Assembly: GCA_900316805.1 (NCBI GenBank)
Contig: ONEJ01000017.1
Span: 2,410-66,409, forward strand
Length of the DNA: 64,000 nt
Direction of reading: 5' to 3'
Source of the DNA: an uncultured Lachnospiraceae bacterium
Lineage (GTDB): Bacteria; Bacillota; Clostridia; Lachnospirales; Lachnospiraceae
A program made the translations under genes and the position numbers. How positions within the stretch are numbered: position 1 is the stretch's first letter; each line of letters opens with the position of its first letter. Under the pieces are notes generated by a model. The model did no database searches and was not told where the DNA came from. It worked only from the letters and a program-made list of their open reading frames with translations. This document shows positions 21,908 through 31,106 of this stretch, in pieces.

Positions 21908-22978
21908 ATGAAGAAAAAAATCTTATCCACAGCTCTTGTCCTCGCTCTTACAGCCTCCTGCCTTGGTGCCTGTGGCAATGCCCAGTCCTCCGGCAAGGGA
22001 GAGACCCTGACAGTCCTCAACTACGGCAAATACATTGACGAGGATGCCTTAAAACAGTTTGAGAAAGAGACCGGTATTACCGTAAAATACGAAGAATACG
22101 AGAGTCCTGAGGAAATGTACACCAAGTACAAGGCCGGCTCCATCGATTACGATGTCATCTGCTCCTCCGAATATATGGTGGAAAAGCTGATCAACGAGGG
22201 AGAGGTTCTTTCTCTGGATTACGAAGCCATGGACAATTACAAGAATCTGGATCCGGATATCCTTGCCCTTTCCGAATCCTATGACAAGGATCACACCTAC
22301 TCCGTTCCCTACTTCTATGGAACCCTGGGACTGCTCTACAATAAGAATGAGATTTCCAAGGAAATTGTCTCCAGCTGGGACTGCCTGTGGGATCCTACCT
22401 ACGAGGATGAGATCATCATGGAAAACTCCGTGCGGGACACCTTCGCCCCGGCTCTGATTTCCCTGGGCTACTCCCTCAACGATACGGACGAAAGCCACTT
22501 AAAAGAAGCCCTTCAGCTCTTGAAACAGCAGAAGGAAGACAAGATTGTTTACGGCTACTATGTGGATGAAACTGCCGACGCCATGATCGGCGAAGAGGCC
22601 AAAATTGCTCTCTGCTACTCCGGTGAGGCCGCCCTTGCCATGGACGAGAACGAAAACCTTGCCTACTCCATTCCGAAAGAGGGCTCCAACCTTTGGATTG
22701 ACTCCTGGTTCGTTCCACGTACCTGCACCAACCAGACCAACGCTCTGAAATTCTTAAATTTCCTCTGCAAAGACGAAATTGCCCAGAAGAATTTCGAGTA
22801 TGTAGAGTACTCCTCTCCCATTACCTCGGTCATCGAGAATCAGGACGAGGAACAGTTGGAAAATGCAGCCATCAACCCGGATAAAGACACAGTCAAGCGT
22901 TGTGAGGTCTTCACAGCCTTGAGCGATGAGGAAGCCTCTGTCTACACCAAGCTCTGGCAGGAATTACTGTCCGAATAA
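21908..22978 (+). CDS. potD: Spermidine/putrescine-binding lipoprotein
   Basis: Lipobox LGAC, LNYGKYID, PYFYGTLG, IPKEGSNLWIDSW. Confidence 0.9.
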   Translation: MKKKILSTALVLALTASCLGACGNAQSSGKGETLTVLNYGKYIDEDALKQFEKETGITVKYEEYESPEEMYTKYKAGSIDYDVICSSEYMVEKLINEGEVLSLDYEAMDNYKNLDPDILALSESYDKDHTYSVPYFYGTLGLLYNKNEISKEIVSSWDCLWDPTYEDEIIMENSVRDTFAPALISLGYSLNDTDESHLKEALQLLKQQKEDKIVYGYYVDETADAMIGEEAKIALCYSGEAALAMDENENLAYSIPKEGSNLWIDSWFVPRTCTNQTNALKFLNFLCKDEIAQKNFEYVEYSSPITSVIENQDEEQLENAAINPDKDTVKRCEVFTALSDEEASVYTKLWQELLSE

Positions 22979-23016
22979 AAAAAGATTGCATTTTTTCTAT
23001 AAACATGATAAAGTAT

Positions 23017-23049
23017 AGCCACGGTGTCCGGTTAACACCGTGGCTTTTT
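23017..23049 (+). terminator. Intrinsic terminator after potD
   Basis: AGCCACGGTGT/ACACCGTGGCT stem followed by T-run. Confidence 0.75.
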
Positions 23050-23091
23050 GATCCCATCTGTAATTTAGCGTATTCCTTTATAAGGAGACGA

Positions 23092-23985
23092 ATGAATTAT
23101 CAGGAATTTTTAACAACGATTAAAACACGTCTGTCGCTACAGATCGACAGCAATTTTACCCTTATTATCCAGACATTTATCAAGAATAACGGAACCAGAC
23201 ATGACGGACTCATCATCCAGCAGCCCGGACTCAATGTCTCTCCCACCATTTACCTGAAGCCGTACTATCACCGCTATCTGGACGGAGTCAGTTTAGAAGA
23301 CATCTGCGAGGACATTCTGGCTGCCTATCATGACAACCTGCCGGAAAAGGATTTTGACACTTCCATATTCACGGATTACCGCAAGGCCTCCCAGCGGATC
23401 GTCATGCGGCTCATCAGCTATGAGAAGAACGAGGAGCTTTTAAAGGCCGTCCCCCACTTCCACTACCTGGATCTGGCGGTGGTCTTCTACTGTATGCTCT
23501 GCTCCGGCGAGAAGGGGCAGGCCAACATACTGATCCGCACGGAGCATATGGAAAACTGGGGCGTTACCCCGGAAGATCTGCGGCAGGTGGCAGTCCAAAA
23601 TACAGAGAAGCTGCTGCCGCCGGATCTCATCAGCATGAAGGCACTCCTGAAGGAACGGCGGCCGGAAAGTCTGACAGATATGGAGGAGATGGATATCAAC
23701 ATGTACATCCTGACCAACCGATTCCGGACCAATGGGGCTACCGCCCTTCTCTACGAAGGACTTCTGGCCAAACTTGCCGATCTCTTTGACAGAGACCTGA
23801 TCATTTTGCCCAGCAGCATCCATGAGGTGATTCTCGTGCCTGCCCGGGAAGAGGACGGAGACCGGGAAAAGCTGTCGGAATACACCGCCATGGTGAAAGA
23901 GGTCAACGAGATGGAGCTGACGGACGAAGAAATCTTAAGCGGACATGCCTATTACTACAGCAGGCGAACCGGTCTGGTAAGCTAG
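23092..23985 (+). CDS. DUF5688-family protein
   Basis: KNNG..GL..SPTIYL, NEELLKAVPH, MYILTN..GATALLY, ILPSSIHEVIL; start at 23092 after AAGGAG. Confidence 0.8.
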   Translation: MNYQEFLTTIKTRLSLQIDSNFTLIIQTFIKNNGTRHDGLIIQQPGLNVSPTIYLKPYYHRYLDGVSLEDICEDILAAYHDNLPEKDFDTSIFTDYRKASQRIVMRLISYEKNEELLKAVPHFHYLDLAVVFYCMLCSGEKGQANILIRTEHMENWGVTPEDLRQVAVQNTEKLLPPDLISMKALLKERRPESLTDMEEMDINMYILTNRFRTNGATALLYEGLLAKLADLFDRDLIILPSSIHEVILVPAREEDGDREKLSEYTAMVKEVNEMELTDEEILSGHAYYYSRRTGLVS

Positions 23986-24014
23986 TTACAGTTCACAGGT
24001 ATGTGAACTGTAAC
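23985..24014. repeat. Perfect 13-bp inverted repeat GTTACAGTTCACA/TGTGAACTGTAAC (REP-like)
   Basis: Seen directly; arms related to those at 13607 and 26713. Confidence 0.7.
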
Positions 24015-24051
24015 GTAAGCTATCAGAAGGGCTAAAACACCAAAATAATGA

Positions 24052-24080
24052 TTTACAACCGATATAAAATCCGCTATAAT
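24052..24080 (+). promoter_or_regulatory. SigA-type promoter of a small transcription unit
   Basis: TTTACA-17-TATAAT. Confidence 0.6.
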
Positions 24081-24128
24081 AAGAGAGCAAATAACCATTG
24101 GAGATATTCTTGGAAAGGCGGTGAAAGG

Positions 24129-24194
24129 ATGAACGAAATGACTGCAAAACTCTCCGCTTTCGGCGTATCTGTGGAAGATCTTACACTCTCATAA
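24129..24194 (+). CDS. Putative 21-aa small protein MNEMTAKLSAFGVSVEDLTLS
   Basis: Own promoter, AAGGCGGTGA RBS and downstream terminator; below ORF-track length cutoff. Confidence 0.5.
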   Translation: MNEMTAKLSAFGVSVEDLTLS

Positions 24195-24233
24195 TGACCG
24201 AAAATAATTACAGCCCATCATAATCCGGAATTT

Positions 24234-24283
24234 AAAAAGGCAGAAGGCACTCTCCCATAGGGAGAAAAGCCTTCTGCCTTTTT
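24234..24283. terminator. Bidirectional intrinsic terminator
   Basis: AAAAAGGCAGAAGGC..GCCTTCTGCCTTTTT between convergent small ORF and glgA. Confidence 0.8.
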
Positions 24284-24293
24284 CCTGTATCTT

Positions 24294-25742
24294 TTACTGA
24301 TCACATAGTTTATCGTAAAGCTCTTCGTATTTCTTCACAGAACTGCTCCAGGAGAAATTCTTCTCCATCGCCCGAAGCTGCAGCTTCATCCACTCATCCT
24401 TATGCTCCTGATAAACTTCATAAGCATATTGGATCACATGCATCATATCCTGTGCATAAAAGTTCGCAAAAGAAAATCCGTTGCCGGTATTCTCATACTC
24501 ATTATACGGCTCTACCGTATCCTTAAGACCGCCCGTCTCCCGCACGATGGGCAGGGTTCCGTAACGCATGGCGATCATTTGGGAAAGCCCACAGGGTTCA
24601 AACTGGGACGGCATCAAAAGTACATCTGCCGACGCATACACCTTATGAGCCTGTTCTTCCGAATAGCCAATATGGGCGCAGACCTGCCGGGGATACTTAG
24701 CCTGGAAATAGCGGAAGGAATTCTCATATTTGTCCTCCCCGGTCCCCAGAACTACCACCTGGATATCCAGCGTATTCAAAAGCTCCTCCATGGCATAATC
24801 AATGAGTTCAAAACCCTTCTGAGCTGTCATCCGGGAAACAATTCCAATCATAGGCACATCATCCCTGACCGGAAGCCCCAGTTCTTTCTGCAGCGCAGCC
24901 TTATTTCTCTTCTTTCCCACCTGCGCATCCTTGTGGGTATAATTGACATGAATATACGGATCTGTCTGCGGATTGAATTCCTCGTAGTCAATACCATTGA
25001 GAATGCCGTAAAGCCGGTTACGTTTTGCACACATCAGACCGCTTAAGCCTTCTCCGCCCTCCACGGTCATGATATCTCTGGCATAAGTAGGGCTCACAGT
25101 CGTAACCGCATCTGCATAAACCACGCCGCCCTTCAGATAATTGGCCTCACCGTAGGACTCCAGCCCGGTGGCACTGAAGATTCCCGCCGGAAGTCCTGTG
25201 ATATCCATGACCTCCTTGATTCTCCATCTGCCCTGAAACTGCATATTGTGAATGGAGAAAACCGTCCGGATCCCGGCGTAAAACCGGTCATCTCCAAAAG
25301 CAGTCCGAAGGAATACCGGAATCAGTCCCGTCTGCCAGTCATTACAGTGGATCACGTCCGGTACAAAATCCAGATAGGGAAGACACCCCAGCACCGCCTT
25401 GGAGAAATAGGCAAATTTCTCCACATCCTCGTAGATATTGTGGTAGGGAGATGGTCCTGCAAAGTAAAATTCGTTATCAACAAAATAAAATTTGATTCCC
25501 CGGTATTCGGTCTCGAAAATCCCTGCATACTGTTTCCGCCAGTTCAGATTCACATAAAAATGGCAGACAAATCTAAGCTGCGGTAAAAATGAAGCATCCA
25601 TACAGGCATATTTCGGGAGAATGACCCTTACATCATACTCCTCCTTGTCCAGATACTTCGGCAGGGCTCCAACGACATCCGCAAGTCCCCCGGTCTTGAT
25701 AAACGGAACCGCCTCTGAAGCGGCCAGCAGAACCTTCCTCAT
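24294..25742 (-). CDS. glgA: Glycogen synthase
   Basis: SEAVPFIKTGGLADV, HCNDWQTG, MPSQFEPCGLSQM, VRETGGL. Confidence 0.96.
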   Translation of the reverse strand: MRKVLLAASEAVPFIKTGGLADVVGALPKYLDKEEYDVRVILPKYACMDASFLPQLRFVCHFYVNLNWRKQYAGIFETEYRGIKFYFVDNEFYFAGPSPYHNIYEDVEKFAYFSKAVLGCLPYLDFVPDVIHCNDWQTGLIPVFLRTAFGDDRFYAGIRTVFSIHNMQFQGRWRIKEVMDITGLPAGIFSATGLESYGEANYLKGGVVYADAVTTVSPTYARDIMTVEGGEGLSGLMCAKRNRLYGILNGIDYEEFNPQTDPYIHVNYTHKDAQVGKKRNKAALQKELGLPVRDDVPMIGIVSRMTAQKGFELIDYAMEELLNTLDIQVVVLGTGEDKYENSFRYFQAKYPRQVCAHIGYSEEQAHKVYASADVLLMPSQFEPCGLSQMIAMRYGTLPIVRETGGLKDTVEPYNEYENTGNGFSFANFYAQDMMHVIQYAYEVYQEHKDEWMKLQLRAMEKNFSWSSSVKKYEELYDKLCDQ

Positions 25743-25773
25743 GCAAACACCTCCACACATTCGTGAATATCTC

Positions 25774-26565
25774 TTATCTACTCTTCATCTGTAAACGTAT
25801 CTTGTCGGTAATCAGAGCGATAAATTCAGAGTTGGTAGGCTTGCCCTTGCCATTGCTGATGGTGTAGCCAAACAGGTCATCCAATGTATCCATCTTGCCT
25901 CTGCTCCAGGCCACCTCGATAGCGTGACGGATAGCGCGCTCCACACGGCTGGGCGTTGTCTGGAATTTCTTGGCGATGCCCGGATAGAGAATCTTCGTGA
26001 TGGAATTGAGCATATCCATATTGTTCACGCACATGATAATGGCTTCCCTTAAATACTGATACCCCTTGATATGGGCAGGAACACCAACCTCGTGAATAAT
26101 CTCTGTGACATCCTCCTCCAAAGTCTGCATGCTGCAAAGCTCATTTCTGTCGAAGACCTCCGGCTTACGTGTATCCTTTGCATTCCTGCGCCGAATCACC
26201 GTCTTGATACGGTCAAGGATAATTCCCTCATCAAATGGCTTCATGATATAATAATCCGCCCCACGGGAAAAAACATCCTCCGTGATCCGCTCATTGCTGA
26301 CAGCACTCACCATCAGAAACGACGGACGATTCTTAAGCGTCTGATCCTCACGTATCCTGTCCAGCACTCCAAGCCCGTCCAGCTTCGGCATCACAATATC
26401 CAGAAGAACCACATCCGGTTCTTTCTCCTTGATCAGATGACAGGCTTCTACTCCATCCTTTGCTGTACCGATCAGCTGAAGTTCTTCATCACGGGAGACA
26501 ATATCTCCCAACAGTTCCCTTGTAATTTCATTATCATCTGCAATTGCGACATTTAGTTTTCCCAT
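25774..26565 (-). CDS. spo0A: Sporulation master regulator Spo0A
   Basis: Receiver domain [11 protein letters not shown] plus [40 protein letters not shown]. Confidence 0.96.
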   Translation of the reverse strand: MGKLNVAIADDNEITRELLGDIVSRDEELQLIGTAKDGVEACHLIKEKEPDVVLLDIVMPKLDGLGVLDRIREDQTLKNRPSFLMVSAVSNERITEDVFSRGADYYIMKPFDEGIILDRIKTVIRRRNAKDTRKPEVFDRNELCSMQTLEEDVTEIIHEVGVPAHIKGYQYLREAIIMCVNNMDMLNSITKILYPGIAKKFQTTPSRVERAIRHAIEVAWSRGKMDTLDDLFGYTISNGKGKPTNSEFIALITDKIRLQMKSR

Positions 26566-26658
26566 AACAGGCCTCCTAGATGTCAAATTCAGTCATAACA
26601 AATATAATCAGAAACTATACACAGATTTTGTTGAAGTTTGTCGATAAATACCAACTAA

Positions 26659-26687
26659 ATTATACAACATCCCAAGGCATTTGACAA
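26659..26687 (-). promoter_or_regulatory. SigA-type promoter of spo0A-glgA
   Basis: TTGTCA-17-TATAAT on minus strand; near-0A-box sequences close by. Confidence 0.55.
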
Positions 26688-26785
26688 TTTATTCCTGAAA
26701 CTTTTGTAACTATACTGTTCACACGGCACCTCCACCCTCATGCGCAATCTCGCATGCTTTCCCGCTCCTACGGAGCTAAGATTGC

Positions 26786-28591
26786 TTATGATTCAAACTG
26801 TGAATTATACAGCTTAGCATAAAATCCGTTTGCACCCAGCAGCTGTTCATGATTCCCCTGTTCGATGATATCCCCATCCTTCATCACAAGAATCAGGTCC
26901 GCATCCTTTATGGTAGACAGACGATGGGCAATGATAAAGCTGGTCCGTCCCCGCATCAGATTATCCAGTGCCTTCTGGATTCGCTCCTCCGTGCGGGTAT
27001 CCACAGACGAAGTTGCCTCATCCAGAATCAGAATCGGATTATCCGCAAGGATTGCCCTTGCAATGGTAAGAAGCTGCTTCTGTCCCTGCGAAACATTGCT
27101 GGCATCCTCATTGAGCTCCATCTGATAACCACCCGGCAGGGTCTGGATGAAATGATGGGCATGGGCCGCACGTGCCGCCGCAATCACCTCCTCATCCGTG
27201 GCATCCAGCCGGCCATAGCGGATATTTTCCATAATCGTTCCCTTAAAGAGCCAGGTATCCTGAAGCACCATGCCAAAGGCATCCCGAAGTTCGTGGCGGT
27301 TAAACTGACGGATATCGTGACCATCCACAAGGATTGCGCCTTTTGTCACATCGTAAAAACGCATCAGAAGTTTCACCATCGTTGTCTTTCCGGCACCGGT
27401 GGGCCCTACGATGGCAATCTTCTGCCCCGGCTGCACCCTGGCTGAAAAATCATGAATAATGGTCTGTCCCTCGTTGTAGCCGAAGGAGACATGGGAAAAT
27501 TCCACACTTCCCTCTATCTTGTCTGCCTTCACCGGATTCGACACAGAAATCTCCTCTTCTTCCTCTTCCAAAAATTCAAATACCCGCTCTGCCGCAGCGG
27601 TCATGGATTGCAGCTGATTTGCCACCTGGGCAATCTGCTGGATCGGCTGGGTAAAGTTCTTTACGTACTGGATAAAAGCCTGGATTTCGCCGACACCGAT
27701 AGTTCCACGAATTGCGAGAATCCCACCGGAAATCGCAACCCCTACGTAGCCGAGATTTCCTACAAACATCATGATGGGCTGCATCAATCCCGACAGGAAC
27801 TGGGACTTCCATGCAGAACGATACAGCATATCGTTGGTTTCCGAGAAGGTCTTTACCGTTTCTTCCTCTTTATTGAAGGCCTGCACAACAAGATGCCCGC
27901 CGTAAACCTCTTCCACCTGGCCGTTGACATGACCTAAGTATTCCTGCTGCTGGCGGAAATATTTCTGGGAATGCTTCACTACGAATGAAATCAGCAGCAT
28001 GGAAACCGGAAGAATCACCAGAGAAATCGCTGTCATAATTCCGGAAATGGACAGCATCATCACGAGAGTACCGATCAGGGTTGCCACACTGGTGATGACC
28101 ATGGTGATACTCTGGTTCAGGCTCTGCCCCAGAGTATCCACATCGTTGGTGATTCTGGACAACACCTCACCATAAGTACGGCTCTCAAAATATTTCATAG
28201 GCATGCGGTTGATCTTCCGGGAAATATCCCGCCGCATCCGGTAACAGGTCTTCTGCGTCACTCCTGTCATGATCATGCCCTGAATAAAATTAAACACAGC
28301 AGAGCACACATACAGGCCCAGAGTAAAAAGAAGCACCTTTGCGATATAGGCAAAATCAATAACACCGGTTCCAGAGATTTTCTTTGTCAATCCCTCCACC
28401 AGAGCATTGGTGGCACGCGCCATCACCTTCGGTCCTACCACGGAAAACACCGTGGAGGCCGCAGCAAACAACATCACCACAAGGATTGCTGCCTTGTATC
28501 TTCCCAGATAGCGAAGCAGTTTTCCCATTGCACCCTTCATGTCCTTGGGCTTTTCGCCCGGCATCATACCTTTTCCATGTCCATGCGGCAT
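26786..28591 (-). CDS. Heterodimeric ABC exporter subunit (TMD-NBD)
   Basis: TM helices, GPTGAGKTT, VSQGQKQLL, LDEATS, IAHRLST. Confidence 0.92.
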   Translation of the reverse strand: MPHGHGKGMMPGEKPKDMKGAMGKLLRYLGRYKAAILVVMLFAAASTVFSVVGPKVMARATNALVEGLTKKISGTGVIDFAYIAKVLLFTLGLYVCSAVFNFIQGMIMTGVTQKTCYRMRRDISRKINRMPMKYFESRTYGEVLSRITNDVDTLGQSLNQSITMVITSVATLIGTLVMMLSISGIMTAISLVILPVSMLLISFVVKHSQKYFRQQQEYLGHVNGQVEEVYGGHLVVQAFNKEEETVKTFSETNDMLYRSAWKSQFLSGLMQPIMMFVGNLGYVGVAISGGILAIRGTIGVGEIQAFIQYVKNFTQPIQQIAQVANQLQSMTAAAERVFEFLEEEEEEISVSNPVKADKIEGSVEFSHVSFGYNEGQTIIHDFSARVQPGQKIAIVGPTGAGKTTMVKLLMRFYDVTKGAILVDGHDIRQFNRHELRDAFGMVLQDTWLFKGTIMENIRYGRLDATDEEVIAAARAAHAHHFIQTLPGGYQMELNEDASNVSQGQKQLLTIARAILADNPILILDEATSSVDTRTEERIQKALDNLMRGRTSFIIAHRLSTIKDADLILVMKDGDIIEQGNHEQLLGANGFYAKLYNSQFES

Positions 28592-28592
28592 C

Positions 28593-30902
28593 CTACTTCA
28601 CCTCCTCTGAAAGTCCCAGTTCCTTTGCGGAAAGCTGGCTTCTTGCAATCTGCTCATAAACCTCACAATTATGTAACAGTTCCTCGTGGGTGCCTTTGCC
28701 CACAATTCTTCCTTCGTCCAGCACCAGAATCTGATCTGCATGGAGAATGGTGCTGATTCTCTGTGCCACGATCAGAACGGCAGCATCCTTCGTTTTCTCA
28801 GCTAACGCCTTGCGAAGAGCCGCATCCGTCTTCATATCCAGTGCGGAAAAACTGTCATCAAACACAAAAATCTTCGGATTTTTTGCAATGGCTCTCGCAA
28901 TGGCAAGCCGCTGCTTCTGACCACCGGACACATTGCTGCCCCCCTGGGCAATCGCGCTTTGATAGCCGTCTTCCTTTTCTTCGATAAACTCACTGGCCTG
29001 GGCAATCTCCGCGGCCTCATGAATCTGCTCCTCACTGGCATCCTCAGCCCCGAAGCGCAGATTGCTCTCAATGGTACCGGAAAACAGGATCCCCTTCTGA
29101 GGTACAAAACCGATCATCTCGCGAAGTTCTTTCAGGGAATAATCCCTCACATCCACGCCATCCACCGTAATTTTACCGCCCGTCACGTCATAAAACCTTG
29201 GCAGCAGATTCACCAGCGTCGATTTCCCACAGCCGGTACTTCCGATGATGGCTGTGGTTTTCCCCGGCTCCGCTACAAAATCAATATCCGACAATACATC
29301 CTCATGGGCTCCCGGATACCGGAAATTTACATGCTGAAAGGAAACCAACCCCTTTTTCTTCTTGGGACTCTTAGGCTCCTTCGGGTCTGCAATGGAGCTT
29401 GTGGTTTTGATTACTTCCTCCATACGCTCCGCAGCCACGCCGGCCCTGGGCAGCATGATGGACATGGCTGTCATCATCAGAAAAGACATGACGATCATCA
29501 TGGTATAGGTAATGAAGGCTGTCATGGCTCCCACCTGCATATAACCACCGTCAATTCTCTTTGCAGCTACCCACACGATCAGAAGGGTGATACAGTACAT
29601 GATCATCATCATGCCCGGCATCATAAATGTCATTACCCGGTTGGTAAACAGCTGGGTTCTTGTCAGATTCCGGTTTGCCTCGTCAAAGCGCTCCTCCTCC
29701 TTTTTCTCCCGACCGAAGGCGCGGATGACGTTTAATCCCGTCAGAATCTCACGGGAGACCAGATTCAACCGGTCTACCAGCTCCTGCATGATCTTAAACT
29801 TCGGCATGGCAATGGACACCAGAAGCATCATAAATCCCACGATCAGAAGCACTGCCAGACCAATGACCCATTCCATTCCTGCCCTGGTCTGTGCCACCTT
29901 GACAATACCACCAATTCCCACGATTGGCGCATACAAAACCATCCGGAGAAATACCGTCGTCACCATTTGCACCTGCTGGACATCGTTGGTACTCCTGGTG
30001 ATCAGGGATGCCGTGGAAAAATGATCCATCTCCGCATTGGAATACTCTACCACATTCCGGAAGGTCTTCTCCCTCAAATCCCGACCAACTGCCGCACCGA
30101 CGATGGATGCGCAGTAACCTACTGCCACGGCAGCTAAGGACATCAGAAGTGTGAACACCAGCATCTTCGCACCGGCGGTCACCATATAATTCATCTGCAT
30201 CTTGTCCACATCCATTCCTGCATTTTTGTCACAGGAAACAGCATAGGAAACACCCATGGACTTTAATGTCTTAGCACCGATGGCATCAATCTGAGCGGAT
30301 ACCTTCTCACGCATCGCAAGTATCTGGTCATCAGAAAGTTTTCCTGCATCCAGAGCCTGCATCAACTGATCCGCATCCATATCTGTCTTTCCATCTGCCA
30401 TAGTCGAGCCGGACTTGTCACTCATGCCATCTGCCGTCTGATCATTTGCACTCTTCTCCAGACTGTCCATCTCAGAGGAAATCTTTGACATATCAATATC
30501 GGATTCCTTCATCTGGGACATCTGATAAACCATTACGATAGGCTCCAGGAACTTCTCGTCCGCCTCCTCCAGCGTCTTTTTATCGCATACACGCTTATAG
30601 GAAGAGGCAGAACGATATGCCTTCACTAACTCATCAAGCTCTTCTGTCCTGTCCGTTTCATAGCAATCTGCAAAAGCTTTCCGTTCCTTCTGCGTCATAA
30701 AAAGCTGCGCAGACTGGTAGTCCTCCTCCGTCATCCTCTCCGGCAGAATATGCTCCACTCCACTGCTCATAATCCCTACATCAATCAGATTCGATGTATA
30801 CTGTGGCAGCGAGAGATCACAGAATGCCTGCACAATCAAAAATGCCACGATTACCAGAATCCATTTCCAGTAGGGACGCATATTCCTAAAAATCTTACCC
30901 AT
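28593..30902 (-). CDS. Heterodimeric ABC exporter subunit with large extracellular loop and degenerate Walker B
   Basis: GSTGCGKST, VSGGQKQR, FDDSFSALD, VAQR; about 190-aa insert after the first TM. Confidence 0.92.
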   Translation of the reverse strand: MGKIFRNMRPYWKWILVIVAFLIVQAFCDLSLPQYTSNLIDVGIMSSGVEHILPERMTEEDYQSAQLFMTQKERKAFADCYETDRTEELDELVKAYRSASSYKRVCDKKTLEEADEKFLEPIVMVYQMSQMKESDIDMSKISSEMDSLEKSANDQTADGMSDKSGSTMADGKTDMDADQLMQALDAGKLSDDQILAMREKVSAQIDAIGAKTLKSMGVSYAVSCDKNAGMDVDKMQMNYMVTAGAKMLVFTLLMSLAAVAVGYCASIVGAAVGRDLREKTFRNVVEYSNAEMDHFSTASLITRSTNDVQQVQMVTTVFLRMVLYAPIVGIGGIVKVAQTRAGMEWVIGLAVLLIVGFMMLLVSIAMPKFKIMQELVDRLNLVSREILTGLNVIRAFGREKKEEERFDEANRNLTRTQLFTNRVMTFMMPGMMMIMYCITLLIVWVAAKRIDGGYMQVGAMTAFITYTMMIVMSFLMMTAMSIMLPRAGVAAERMEEVIKTTSSIADPKEPKSPKKKKGLVSFQHVNFRYPGAHEDVLSDIDFVAEPGKTTAIIGSTGCGKSTLVNLLPRFYDVTGGKITVDGVDVRDYSLKELREMIGFVPQKGILFSGTIESNLRFGAEDASEEQIHEAAEIAQASEFIEEKEDGYQSAIAQGGSNVSGGQKQRLAIARAIAKNPKIFVFDDSFSALDMKTDAALRKALAEKTKDAAVLIVAQRISTILHADQILVLDEGRIVGKGTHEELLHNCEVYEQIARSQLSAKELGLSEEVK

Positions 30903-31063
30903 ATCCGGTCTCCTTTCCAATTAAAGTTCGTATCTGTTTGGTAACGTCTGACTGTTCAGAACAATTACTCAAAATATATGTAAAAATATACAAAACTGCA
31001 CATGCCTATTATCTTAGCACGTTCATTTTTTATTGACAAGATTGCAAATCTAAAGGTTTTATT

Positions 31064-31092
31064 AAAAAAAGAACCGCCACAAATGTGGCGGT
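31064..31092 (-). terminator. Terminator at end of pilus operon
   Basis: ACCGCCACA/TGTGGCGGT stem followed by T-run on minus strand. Confidence 0.75.
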
Positions 31093-31106
31093 CCTTATCA
31101 TACTCA

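Noticed and set aside
23092-23985. DUF5688-like gene as marker of a mobile element
   Set aside because: No integrase, transposase or att repeats nearby; flanks are housekeeping genes
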